From a virus: a stretch of 64,000 nt of DNA. This document shows, piece after piece, positions 19,080 through 29,080 of this stretch (position 1 is the stretch's first letter; every line of letters begins with the position of its first letter). The translations under genes and the position numbers were made by a program. The notes below the pieces were generated by a model, which saw nothing but the letters and a program-made list of their open reading frames with translations, did no database searches and was not told the origin of the DNA. Location: IMG/VR virus record IMGVR_UViG_3300007735_000793, positions 33,067 through 97,066 of that record; one strand, written 5' to 3'.

Positions 19080-21016
19080 ATGTAACTCCCATTTACATCG
19101 CCAACTGAAAGTGCAAAGTATGGTAAGTTAATATTACCACGAGATGCCGTTAGTGGTATACCAATTGAAGATACTGCCCAATTTGATGGAGATGTTTGTC
19201 CATTCATAAACCAACCTCTGAAGGTTGTATCAGTTGCCGTTGTCCCAAACACCCAATTACCTGCGGTGAATGAAGAACGATTGAAAGTGATTCTTTGCAC
19301 AATTTGAAGTGGATCGGTGGCGTTTATAGTATTACTTGCATTTATATCTGCTGCCAATCTTCTGATACCAGTTAATAGTTGAGTGTTGCTGAAGTGTCTT
19401 GCAATATTTAACGCGTCAGCTGCGGTTACTCCACGCCAAGGTTTATTCGTATAAAAATCGATATAATAACTTCCCGTTGGAATATTACCACCAAAGTTAA
19501 AATCACCAGTCGCGTTTGTAGTAACTGATGCAATTGTTTGATAACTACCCACATTTATAGTATCTTCGCGTAATAATCTCACAGTAGTATTTGTCATTGG
19601 TGTTTGGCCGGTATTATCATACCTAACAGTACCACTTATAGATGCAGTTTCTATTATTGCTGGTGAGATAGGTGGATTACATCCATTAGGGTCATAAAGT
19701 GTTATATTATAATTTTGGTTCAATGCGCTTGATGGGGATGGACTATATTGTGAACATACATATACTATATCGTTAGAACCACCACTAGATGCCCAAGTTT
19801 GTGGATTACCATTACAATTGGTATATGTGTATGTATCATGCGCACCACGATCTTCTATCAGCCAAGTTACACATAGAGGTGGTAAATTGGAGTATGTAAC
19901 CTCACCACTTTGGGTATTATACATTAGGTAAAACTCTTGCAATTGATTACGTGATTCGGTTAGATATAGTGAACCCGTTATTTCAAAATGTGAGCCGGAT
20001 GTATATACCAAATTTTTTTGAGAACCCAAACTACCTCTACCTATTATAAAAGAACCAGGTGTTTCCATCGGTAAGTTAAATTGACCAATTACACTTTGAT
20101 AATCTCCTTGTGCTATTGTTGTATTTCCGGCGGCATGTGAATAATTACCTGATGCGGATGTGAAATATCCTTCGGCATGAGAATAAGAGCCCGATGCGAT
20201 TGTTTGGTTTCCTTCGGCATGAGAATAATTACCATATGCAGTTGTTCTATCTCCTTCAGCATGAGAAGAAAAACCTAATGCGATTGTTCGGTCTCCTTCA
20301 GCATGAGAAATTTGACCAAGTGCTTTTGTTTGTTGTCCTTCTGTATGAGAAGCATAACCGGATGCGGTTGTAAGATATCCTTCGGCATGAGAACCTTCGT
20401 TTGTGGCGGTTGTAAGTAGTCCTTCGGCATGAGAATATTGGCCTGATGCGGTTGTGTATTGTCCTTCAGCATGAGAATAAGAGCCTGATGCCAATGTGTA
20501 CTCTCCTTGTGCATGTGAACCAGTACCTACTGCCATTAACCCCAAACCACCCTGCTGAAAACTACCTAATAAATCAAGTTTTGCTGTTGGTGTACTCAAC
20601 CCAATACCAACTCTTTGAGTTTGATAATTATATACAAAATCCGCAGAACCACTAAATTTGCTAGCGCTATTAAATTGAACTGCCATATCGGGTGGTGCTG
20701 CACCAGTTGCTGCACCAGTTCCACCTAAAAAATCTCCCAACTCAACCCAGTCATTAACAGTGTTGGTTCTTTGATTTGGTAAGAACGCAGAACCTGTGTT
20801 TATGTATACATAATATTTACTTACATCTTGTTGATAACACAATAAACCTTCAAAGCACAAACTATAATCTATAGCAAGTCTGTTACTTTGAGATAGTGCC
20901 AACATTCTAAAATCTAATGCCCACGACGGGTTAGTTAATGGGGAATAGTATGAACCTCCACTCGGAGTTTGTTGAAACTGATTTGGGTTGTTTGGGCTTA
21001 TTTGTATTTGAGACAT
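19061..21016 (-). CDS. Adhesin/fibre with SHAEG repeats, small Cys domain and C-terminal dockerin-like module
   Basis: About 11 14-aa SHAEG repeats; GVTAADALNIARH...AADINASNTINATD; GDVNGS. Confidence 0.75.
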   Translation of the reverse strand: MSQIQISPNNPNQFQQTPSGGSYYSPLTNPSWALDFRMLALSQSNRLAIDYSLCFEGLLCYQQDVSKYYVYINTGSAFLPNQRTNTVNDWVELGDFLGGTGAATGAAPPDMAVQFNSASKFSGSADFVYNYQTQRVGIGLSTPTAKLDLLGSFQQGGLGLMAVGTGSHAQGEYTLASGSYSHAEGQYTTASGQYSHAEGLLTTATNEGSHAEGYLTTASGYASHTEGQQTKALGQISHAEGDRTIALGFSSHAEGDRTTAYGNYSHAEGNQTIASGSYSHAEGYFTSASGNYSHAAGNTTIAQGDYQSVIGQFNLPMETPGSFIIGRGSLGSQKNLVYTSGSHFEITGSLYLTESRNQLQEFYLMYNTQSGEVTYSNLPPLCVTWLIEDRGAHDTYTYTNCNGNPQTWASSGGSNDIVYVCSQYSPSPSSALNQNYNITLYDPNGCNPPISPAIIETASISGTVRYDNTGQTPMTNTTVRLLREDTINVGSYQTIASVTTNATGDFNFGGNIPTGSYYIDFYTNKPWRGVTAADALNIARHFSNTQLLTGIRRLAADINASNTINATDPLQIVQRITFNRSSFTAGNWVFGTTATDTTFRGWFMNGQTSPSNWAVSSIGIPLTASRGNINLPYFALSVGDVNGSYIPNVNL

Positions 21017-21030
21017 AAAATATTACCTTA

Positions 21031-24000
21031 TTAAGAAAATTTTAAATAATAATTAAAATACATACCCGTTTGATTAGATAGTTGTGCTTGCGTATCTTGA
21101 AAAATATAATATTTAAACGGAGAAACTACACCAGCATAACCAGGAACTGTCCAAGCATTTTTATTGGGTGTACCGCCCGATTGCCAAGAGTTATCAAGAT
21201 TAATATTTTCATTTACTATTATGTACAACCATTTTGAACCATCGCCACTAAAATCTGGCCAAAAAACTCGTAAATTATTACTATGTGTATTATTAGGATA
21301 TGGTGTTATTCCAGAAAAGTAATATTTTTGATTATTAACTATTCCCAAAGTAGGGTCGCTTTGATTATGTGTATAAACAATTTTACCCCGATTACTATTT
21401 GGAGTAGATGCATATCCAGGATCTTCATTTCCCGCACCACTATATGTCCAATTAACTAAATTATAAAAAATAGAACCCGTTATATCAGGATGCCCACCAA
21501 GTCTAATATCCCATCTTTTCACATCTAATAATGATTGTTCTGTAAAATATAGAGTTATAGCATTAGTTACATTACCGGTAGCTGCAGGTAAAACCCCCCA
21601 TCGTAAACTTATAGTTTTATTTATATTTACGGTTTCAGTAAAATCATTACAAATTTTGGGTGGTTGATTCAAATTAAAGTATGGTACTCCAGTTGAATTT
21701 GCGGAAGAAGTATATGATGAACTTATTAAAATTTTAAGATAAGAACGATTTGTAGATGTTGCACGAGGGAAGGTTGGATTATAAGGATAGGTTGTATCAA
21801 TTGGTATATTCAAACTACTGGTCTGAGTATTACCTAATGAACCACTATATAAACCCGTTAAGTTTAAAAGATATCTATATTCATTTCCTGCAATGGTATT
21901 AAAATTACGTTGAAGGTTTTGTGTAGTAATGTTATCTTTACGGTATTGTTGTGTCCATGGAGATAAATTTCTAAATTGATAACCAGTTGTGTTAGTAGGC
22001 CACTCTGATTGGTTTGTATTATATATAGATGCTGTAACTCCAATACTACCAGACAATCCTAATTCAACTGCCATATATCTAATGTCACCACCCAATTCGG
22101 ACGGCGGTGTTCCAAGTTGAAAGTTTGTATTATAATTTACAAATGTAGCGGGATTAAATGTAGCGGGATTTGGACACGGTCTTTCACTAACATTCAAAGT
22201 GAGTACCGATGAACACCTAGCCCAAGTAGTACTATCAAACCGGGATTCAGATAGGGATGCGGTCACCTGTAAGGTGTGTGTTACCGAACCAAATGATTGG
22301 GTTGGTAATGTGTGAATTGATAAAAGTGAGTTAAATAATGTATTTAAATAGTTTACACTACCAGTTTCCCATATCTTTGAACTTCCCGAAAAAAGTGATG
22401 CAGATATCAAAGTTATATTTGTGGGATTGGTACAAGGACTTTGCCATGGGTTGTTTGTTCTTCTAAATTTTGCCACTAAATTATAATCATCCAATTCTCT
22501 ATTATGGCGCGTTGGTAAAAAACCAGTTTGGGTTAATTCACACGCAATTGCTAAATTAGCAGGTGGAGTTATTGTAAACGGTGTAGGACCACATTCCAAA
22601 GTTCTCCATGCAGTCGGATTAGTAACTTCCGATGTATAACTGGCAGTAACTATAAACCTATAAGTAACATTTCCAATTGATGATGTTGAAATTGTCCATG
22701 TTATTGGTAACGAAGAATACGATTGATTATCTATAGACCATATTTGCGAACTTCCTGAAAATAGTGATGCCGAAATTACAGTTATAGATGGAATTGGTGA
22801 TGGTGCTGATGATAAACTAAACCCAAATGTTAAATTGTAATCATCACTTTCGTTTGGAAATCTGCATCGATTAAATGAATTATTATCTGTTATTGGTTGA
22901 CAAATAATATTAAAATCAGGTGGAGTAGAACTTACTTCAGCCGATGCAGTGCCATATGTAAACACCCCACTTTGAGAATTATATAAAATAACCCAAGGTT
23001 GTTGCACCTTTGGTAATCGCGCAATTACCCCACCCTCAATGTGTATTTTTTGCTGTGGATTAGAAGTACCAATACCAACATCTCCTGAGTTTTTTATCAC
23101 AAATGGGTTATCACTCACCTGCGGCCATAAAACCGACTGTGAGCCTATAAAAGTACCAATAGATGAACTTATGAAGAAAGCATCTCTATCACGATTTCTA
23201 AAATCAAAAAATCCAGAATAAGAGGATGTATAAGGAGCCAATGAGGGTGTTTCGATAATGATAATCTTATCAGAGTTTACTAATTGTCCTGTTGTAGTTG
23301 CTCCCGGCGTACCACCAACTCTATATTTTGAAAAACTACCTCCAATTATAGATGCAGAATCACTTAATTTTATAGATGTGAAAATGGAATTATCACCTGC
23401 TTGTGTGGGGGATGGGAATAATGAACGAATATAATCATTACTCAACCCACCATTAAAATCCATAACCACTAAATTTTTAGCAGGAGGTGTAAAAGAAATG
23501 CTTGTTCCTGCTGTAAACGAGCCACCTACTAATAATTTCGCTGAAGTATTTCCAATAAAATGAATTGTTCTAATTGAATTATTGGGTCTATCTTTAATTA
23601 AATCCCAAAAATCACCACTCTGATTCCAATCAGTACGAATTGAACCATTTCCGGGATTTAAACTTGTCATTTTATATTCAACCGAACCCGAATATTTAGT
23701 AAAGTTACCACCAATATACAGGTATTCATCCGGCGCAATGTACGGGTTGTAGATAGTGTATACTGCCGAACCCGATGTTCCACCACTTATAGAACTACTT
23801 TGATTGAATGTAGTAATTACACTACCATTATTATTTATTTTTAATATCCCGCCGTTACCATACTGATAATCAGATGAGCCTGAATAAGATGTAAATGTTC
23901 CACCAACATAAAGGTGTAAATTGGGGTTGTAACCTGCTATTGCAAATATTTCAGTATTACTACCAGTATCAAACCCACCCTTAAATGAGTTTATTACACT

Positions 24001-25929
24001 TCCCGTTCTATCTACTTTTAGTATTCTTCCAGCAGAACCTGAGTATTGTGTGAACGCCCCACCCAAATAAACCGAACCGCTGTTACCTGTTTCGGTTGAT
24101 ACATATATCGTATTTACCCTACCATCTAACTCACCATGCTCTTTAAAGTTAGATGCTATCGTTCCATCAGATTTTAACCTAACAAAGTATTTAACATCCT
24201 TTGAACCTGAATATTGTGTAAATTCCCCACCAACGTAAATATCACTACTACCGGAAGCAAATTGAATTGCTCTAACAGCCCCATTAAATCCTTTACCGGG
24301 ATTAAATCCGGTATCAATAGAACCACTCAAATTCAATCTGATTATTCCATTGTAACTTCTACCTAAATATCGTTCAAATTGACCACCAACATATATGTGG
24401 TTACTACCCGATTGTAATAAAGCAAATACTGTCCCATCAACATTAAACCCAAGCTCATTAAATATTTGCAATTTTGTGCTTGGATTATAAGTTCCAATAC
24501 CTACATTTTCATAGTTGTAATCATATGTAAGGTCATACGAACCTTCAAAAGCATCACTATTATTGTATTGAATTGATTTATCAGGTTGAGCAGGACTACC
24601 CATAATGGCCTCTTCAACCAAAAAATCATATATTACAATATTGCTATCCGATATATCCTCTTCAATATTTTCAAACTCCACCTTAAAATCGTAAGCAGTA
24701 TTTCGTCTAAAGTTTTTTACATTGGCGTAAAATGAAACACTTTCTTCATTTGAAAATAAAGTAGTAGAACCACCAAACTCAAAATCACTTACATTAAATG
24801 ATGGTCTATAATAAACCTTTACCCTATCTACATTACCCCCTAATGGATTTATACCATCAACAGTTACTAAAATGGTGGGGTTTTCAAATGGTGAGTCCGT
24901 ATAACTGCCCGTAGAAACATACCTAATTACCCATTCAGCATCTTTGAATTCAGTAAAATATGTCCGGTTTCGTTCCTCGCCCCCCACATAATTGGATGCT
25001 GTCAATGGATAGGATATACTCAATGTAGAGTAATCATCCACCGATAAAATTGAAGCAGTAAAACTTACAGGTTTTGTTATGTATTCAGGTAAACTATCAG
25101 GCTTTAATGAGTTGTACGCAGTAGTGGATTGTGATAGGTTTATCTCAATTGTCCCACCCGTCATCTTACCTACAAGGTTTTGAGCAAATACTAAACTTGC
25201 GGTATTATTTACTAATGCTCTTTTTCTGAATGTTAATTTGGGGAAATCCGACTGATATGGTGAATATGTATTAGTTCTAACATTACCCGTCGTTCCCAAC
25301 CCAGCATTATAATCATACGATACCAATATGGGTGATAAATCGTTTGAACCGGTATCCCTAAAACTTTGGGTAGTTAATAGTATTGATTCGCTTAAAAGCT
25401 CTACTTTTTTATAGTAGTTGGTTACTTCTTCTAATTTTACTTTTGGTAGTTCATTTCCCAAAAATATTATTTTTGAAGGGGATTTCTTTTCCCTCGTTAC
25501 AGGTATTTCCCTAACCCATCTAATGTTTACCTTATTTTTCCATTCATTGGGTATGGGTCTACCATCTACCGTTTGTTGCGCAATTCCGCAAATTATTACC
25601 TTACCAAGCCCATTTGGTGTGTTAATATTACCATTTGTATCATTATAAACCCAAACGGATATATATCTCGTTAAATCGGGCTCTGAATAATTGGGTAGTT
25701 CGTGATAAATGGTATTACCATTGACATCTAATACCTCAACATATATAGGAGAACCAGGTAGTAAATTACCTGAATTACCTTTTAATCTAACTAAATTTTT
25801 ACCATTTCCAAAATAGGATGGAAATTCAGTTATGTTAAAGTAACCTTTAGAATCTAATGATGTGTCTTGTATTAATACCGGTAATCTGTCAAGACCTAAT
25901 TTAGATTTTCTTTTATATTGTAAACCCAT
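21031..25929 (-). CDS. Large virion protein with delta-60/DUF5122-like beta-propeller repeats
   Basis: Repeated IYVGGxFTxYSG blades. Confidence 0.65.
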   Translation of the reverse strand: MGLQYKRKSKLGLDRLPVLIQDTSLDSKGYFNITEFPSYFGNGKNLVRLKGNSGNLLPGSPIYVEVLDVNGNTIYHELPNYSEPDLTRYISVWVYNDTNGNINTPNGLGKVIICGIAQQTVDGRPIPNEWKNKVNIRWVREIPVTREKKSPSKIIFLGNELPKVKLEEVTNYYKKVELLSESILLTTQSFRDTGSNDLSPILVSYDYNAGLGTTGNVRTNTYSPYQSDFPKLTFRKRALVNNTASLVFAQNLVGKMTGGTIEINLSQSTTAYNSLKPDSLPEYITKPVSFTASILSVDDYSTLSISYPLTASNYVGGEERNRTYFTEFKDAEWVIRYVSTGSYTDSPFENPTILVTVDGINPLGGNVDRVKVYYRPSFNVSDFEFGGSTTLFSNEESVSFYANVKNFRRNTAYDFKVEFENIEEDISDSNIVIYDFLVEEAIMGSPAQPDKSIQYNNSDAFEGSYDLTYDYNYENVGIGTYNPSTKLQIFNELGFNVDGTVFALLQSGSNHIYVGGQFERYLGRSYNGIIRLNLSGSIDTGFNPGKGFNGAVRAIQFASGSSDIYVGGEFTQYSGSKDVKYFVRLKSDGTIASNFKEHGELDGRVNTIYVSTETGNSGSVYLGGAFTQYSGSAGRILKVDRTGSVINSFKGGFDTGSNTEIFAIAGYNPNLHLYVGGTFTSYSGSSDYQYGNGGILKINNNGSVITTFNQSSSISGGTSGSAVYTIYNPYIAPDEYLYIGGNFTKYSGSVEYKMTSLNPGNGSIRTDWNQSGDFWDLIKDRPNNSIRTIHFIGNTSAKLLVGGSFTAGTSISFTPPAKNLVVMDFNGGLSNDYIRSLFPSPTQAGDNSIFTSIKLSDSASIIGGSFSKYRVGGTPGATTTGQLVNSDKIIIIETPSLAPYTSSYSGFFDFRNRDRDAFFISSSIGTFIGSQSVLWPQVSDNPFVIKNSGDVGIGTSNPQQKIHIEGGVIARLPKVQQPWVILYNSQSGVFTYGTASAEVSSTPPDFNIICQPITDNNSFNRCRFPNESDDYNLTFGFSLSSAPSPIPSITVISASLFSGSSQIWSIDNQSYSSLPITWTISTSSIGNVTYRFIVTASYTSEVTNPTAWRTLECGPTPFTITPPANLAIACELTQTGFLPTRHNRELDDYNLVAKFRRTNNPWQSPCTNPTNITLISASLFSGSSKIWETGSVNYLNTLFNSLLSIHTLPTQSFGSVTHTLQVTASLSESRFDSTTWARCSSVLTLNVSERPCPNPATFNPATFVNYNTNFQLGTPPSELGGDIRYMAVELGLSGSIGVTASIYNTNQSEWPTNTTGYQFRNLSPWTQQYRKDNITTQNLQRNFNTIAGNEYRYLLNLTGLYSGSLGNTQTSSLNIPIDTTYPYNPTFPRATSTNRSYLKILISSSYTSSANSTGVPYFNLNQPPKICNDFTETVNINKTISLRWGVLPAATGNVTNAITLYFTEQSLLDVKRWDIRLGGHPDITGSIFYNLVNWTYSGAGNEDPGYASTPNSNRGKIVYTHNQSDPTLGIVNNQKYYFSGITPYPNNTHSNNLRVFWPDFSGDGSKWLYIIVNENINLDNSWQSGGTPNKNAWTVPGYAGVVSPFKYYIFQDTQAQLSNQTGMYFNYYLKFS

Positions 25930-25945
25930 TAAATACTCCCATATA

Positions 25946-28900
25946 CTATAAGTATTTTATAGAAGAAAAAGAGTTTATTTTGTTTATATCAATAATTTCA
26001 TCCACCATATCCCGCGTTTTATCTATGTGTGATATTGTGATAATAAAATCAAATTGGGTTTTTAAATAATCAAATAGTAAATACAAAGAATTGAAGTTAT
26101 CAGTATCCAGCGAACCAAACCCCTCATCAATAGCAATAAAGTTTGGTCGAGGTAAGTTAGATACATTGATTAAAGCAGTTCTAATTGCAATTGAACTTAC
26201 AAACTTTTCCATACCACTTGTCAACTCCAATGGCCAATACTTATCATCACCATAACAAATATAGGAATTGATGTTTTTACCATCAGTATCTAATATAATC
26301 TGAAAATCAGTAATAGGTTGTAATATGTTGTTTATTTCCACCTCCAATTTTGGTAGTATCTCCGATATCAACCCATATGGTATACCATCTCGCTTAACCG
26401 CTGATAAGTAATACTCATACCCCATATATTTTAATTCCATCACAGACAGCTTTTGAATAGAGGTATTTACATTTTGAATGGTGTTTTGCTGAACCTTTAA
26501 CTCACCCATTAGGTTTATAAGATTGTTTGTTATTTCTTTGAATTCACGCTCCAACTTACTCCTATCGGATTTTAATGATGTTATTTCATCATTTAATTTT
26601 TTGTTTAATTCCAACGATTTCTCTTGCTTTTTAGCCAATTCAATTTTATGGGTTATCTTATCATACTTTGATTGTAAATCGATATAATCACTTCGAAAAT
26701 CGGTTACTTGGGAAATCAACGAATAATACTTTCGGTTTACCTGCTCTTCCTTTTCTTTAACCTGATTTACTTTATCCAAATCAGATTTAACATTATACCC
26801 ACTTTGCTCCAATTTCAAATTATCCACTTCCGCATTTAATTGTTTTATTTTTTGCTCAATATCCACAATCTTTGCCTCTAATTGAAGGCTTTGTTTAGCA
26901 AATGGGGTATTTTTGTTTTTAACGCAATGTTCACAATTATCATCATAAGTAAAACAACCAATACCATCCAAATGCTTTTTGTTGTGTGATAGTTCTAACT
27001 CTAATTTTGTAATTGTGTTTTTAGCTAGTGTTATATCCCTTTCCAATGATTGAAACTTAAAATCTTTTTGTTTTAATTCTTCCAAATTGTATTGGGTGTA
27101 AAACTCTGCAATTCGGGTGCGTTTTTCCTCTAAAGGTGATATCTGCTCTTCAATATCTCTGATGGAAATACTAACCGATTTAACATCTCTATTGCAATTA
27201 TCCAACTCACGCCGTAAACTATCTAAATCCAACGAATTATCAACAACAACCAATTTAGTTGCTTTATCTTCAATCTTTTGGGTTATATCTGATATCTTAT
27301 CACCCCACTCCAACTTATTGCTTTCTAATGTAGCAATAGAGCCGGTTATGGATTGAACGGCTAATTCAGCATTCGCCAATTTGGTAGGAAAGTCCTGCCC
27401 CTTATATTCTTTCAATAAGGTTGATAATTCTTTTATTTCCTCACTTGCTACCGAATACAATTGTTCAAAAACATCCATATCCAAAAATTGCGCAAGTAAC
27501 TCTTTCCGTTCCTTTTGCGATTTATCAATAAACCCACTATTGTTGAATTGCGTTGATAGCGCCGTCAATATAAAATCATCATATGTCCCAACATATTGTC
27601 TGATAACGGAATTAGTATCACGCCTTTCATCACCATTCAAACTTTGATTGTTACCTTCCTCATCTATATAGTAAAATTGAGTATCAACCTTTACTGCCCC
27701 CTTTTTTGATTTAGTTGCGCTTCTTTCAATTACATAATCCAACCCATTTAACTCAAAAGTAAACTTGCAATAAAAATCCTTTTTTGAGTAATTCATCACA
27801 TCCCCCGCTTTTGATGTGCGGGAACATTTATCAAAGATGCAAAAAGCAAGGGAGTCCCATAAAGAGGATTTACCACTGGCATTCGGTGCGAACACACCAT
27901 ATGCTCCTTTCATATTTTGAAAGTTTATATAATTATCCTCACCATAAGAAAACATATTGGAAAACTCAAAACTCTTTGGTATCCAAACTGAATTACGAAC
28001 CCCATATGGATTTACTATCTTTGTATTTATATCAGCGTTTATGCCTTTAACAACTTCAATGGTTTCCTCATCCACTCCAAACTTCGATGTTAGATAATCT
28101 ATCAATAATTTGTTTTGAAACCCAACATCCCGTACATTTTGTAAAATAATTTGTTGTGAGTGCCCACCACCCAAATTAGAAATAACCTTTTGAATACTTA
28201 ACTCTTCAACCTTATACTTCTTTTTTAGACCTGATATAACCTTGTTTAGCTGCGATGTTTGAGTTTCTTTCACCCGTAATCTTAATCTTGGTTTTGGTGG
28301 TATGTAATTATCAGATATAATCTTACCATCTTCAACATCTACCGTAGCATACCCATAATCATTATGTATTGTAACAAATTGCGATGTTTTACTATCCACA
28401 TCCCACACTAAAATACCATGATGAGGGTAAACTGCTTCTGAATGGTTTTGGACAATTAACGAACCAGGATACTTCACAGTATCCACACCAGCAACCGAAT
28501 TATTGGGAACATGAATATCACCCAAAAGAGTTAAATCATATTCTGAAAAACTCATAGTTGTTACATTCTTATTATCAATAACAAATCCATGCTCCGTTTG
28601 TATTCCATCAACAGCACCATGATAAAGAGCAATCTTTGTTAGATTGTTATTGGGTGGTGATGGAAATCCCTTATCACTATCAAAAACCGATTTGTGGGTG
28701 AATGAAATATCACCATAAATGAACTCAACAGTATCTTTGTAGTAGTATAAGTTTGGATGATTTAATGCGTTTACAATTGGTGTAAGAGCATCTAATCGAG
28801 TTGGATTATTTAGGTTAGCATCGTGATTGCCGGGAATTAAAATAGTTGGTAAAATATCGGAAAGCGATTTTAAGAAGTTTTGGGTCATGTCCACAACCTC

Positions 28901-29080
28901 CGGTGTCATATCCGTTTTAGCATGAACAATATCACCTGCTAACACAATTATAGAACTCTCATCCTTTTCTGATTTTATGTAATCATACAATCTATTAAAG
29001 ACCTCAATATACTCTTTATGCCGTTTCAAGTTTCTGATATGAACATCAGCTATATGAAATATTTTCTTTATTTGTTTCAT
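25946..29080 (-). CDS. Fused SbcD/Mre11 nuclease + SbcC/Rad50 ATPase (gp47-gp46-like)
   Basis: DVH, GD, GNHD, GDIH phosphoesterase motifs; Walker A PNASGKS; CEHC hook; SGME signature; IDEGFGSLD. Confidence 0.92.
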   Translation of the reverse strand: MKQIKKIFHIADVHIRNLKRHKEYIEVFNRLYDYIKSEKDESSIIVLAGDIVHAKTDMTPEVVDMTQNFLKSLSDILPTILIPGNHDANLNNPTRLDALTPIVNALNHPNLYYYKDTVEFIYGDISFTHKSVFDSDKGFPSPPNNNLTKIALYHGAVDGIQTEHGFVIDNKNVTTMSFSEYDLTLLGDIHVPNNSVAGVDTVKYPGSLIVQNHSEAVYPHHGILVWDVDSKTSQFVTIHNDYGYATVDVEDGKIISDNYIPPKPRLRLRVKETQTSQLNKVISGLKKKYKVEELSIQKVISNLGGGHSQQIILQNVRDVGFQNKLLIDYLTSKFGVDEETIEVVKGINADINTKIVNPYGVRNSVWIPKSFEFSNMFSYGEDNYINFQNMKGAYGVFAPNASGKSSLWDSLAFCIFDKCSRTSKAGDVMNYSKKDFYCKFTFELNGLDYVIERSATKSKKGAVKVDTQFYYIDEEGNNQSLNGDERRDTNSVIRQYVGTYDDFILTALSTQFNNSGFIDKSQKERKELLAQFLDMDVFEQLYSVASEEIKELSTLLKEYKGQDFPTKLANAELAVQSITGSIATLESNKLEWGDKISDITQKIEDKATKLVVVDNSLDLDSLRRELDNCNRDVKSVSISIRDIEEQISPLEEKRTRIAEFYTQYNLEELKQKDFKFQSLERDITLAKNTITKLELELSHNKKHLDGIGCFTYDDNCEHCVKNKNTPFAKQSLQLEAKIVDIEQKIKQLNAEVDNLKLEQSGYNVKSDLDKVNQVKEKEEQVNRKYYSLISQVTDFRSDYIDLQSKYDKITHKIELAKKQEKSLELNKKLNDEITSLKSDRSKLEREFKEITNNLINLMGELKVQQNTIQNVNTSIQKLSVMELKYMGYEYYLSAVKRDGIPYGLISEILPKLEVEINNILQPITDFQIILDTDGKNINSYICYGDDKYWPLELTSGMEKFVSSIAIRTALINVSNLPRPNFIAIDEGFGSLDTDNFNSLYLLFDYLKTQFDFIITISHIDKTRDMVDEIIDINKINSFSSIKYL

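Noticed and set aside
11326-19640. Diversity-generating retroelement acting on dockerin repeats
   Set aside because: No reverse transcriptase in the window; differences include indels and are not adenine-specific
8560-20520. CRISPR-like 42-bp periodic repeats (ccttcggcatgaga)
   Set aside because: They are in-frame SHAEG protein repeats within fibre ORFs
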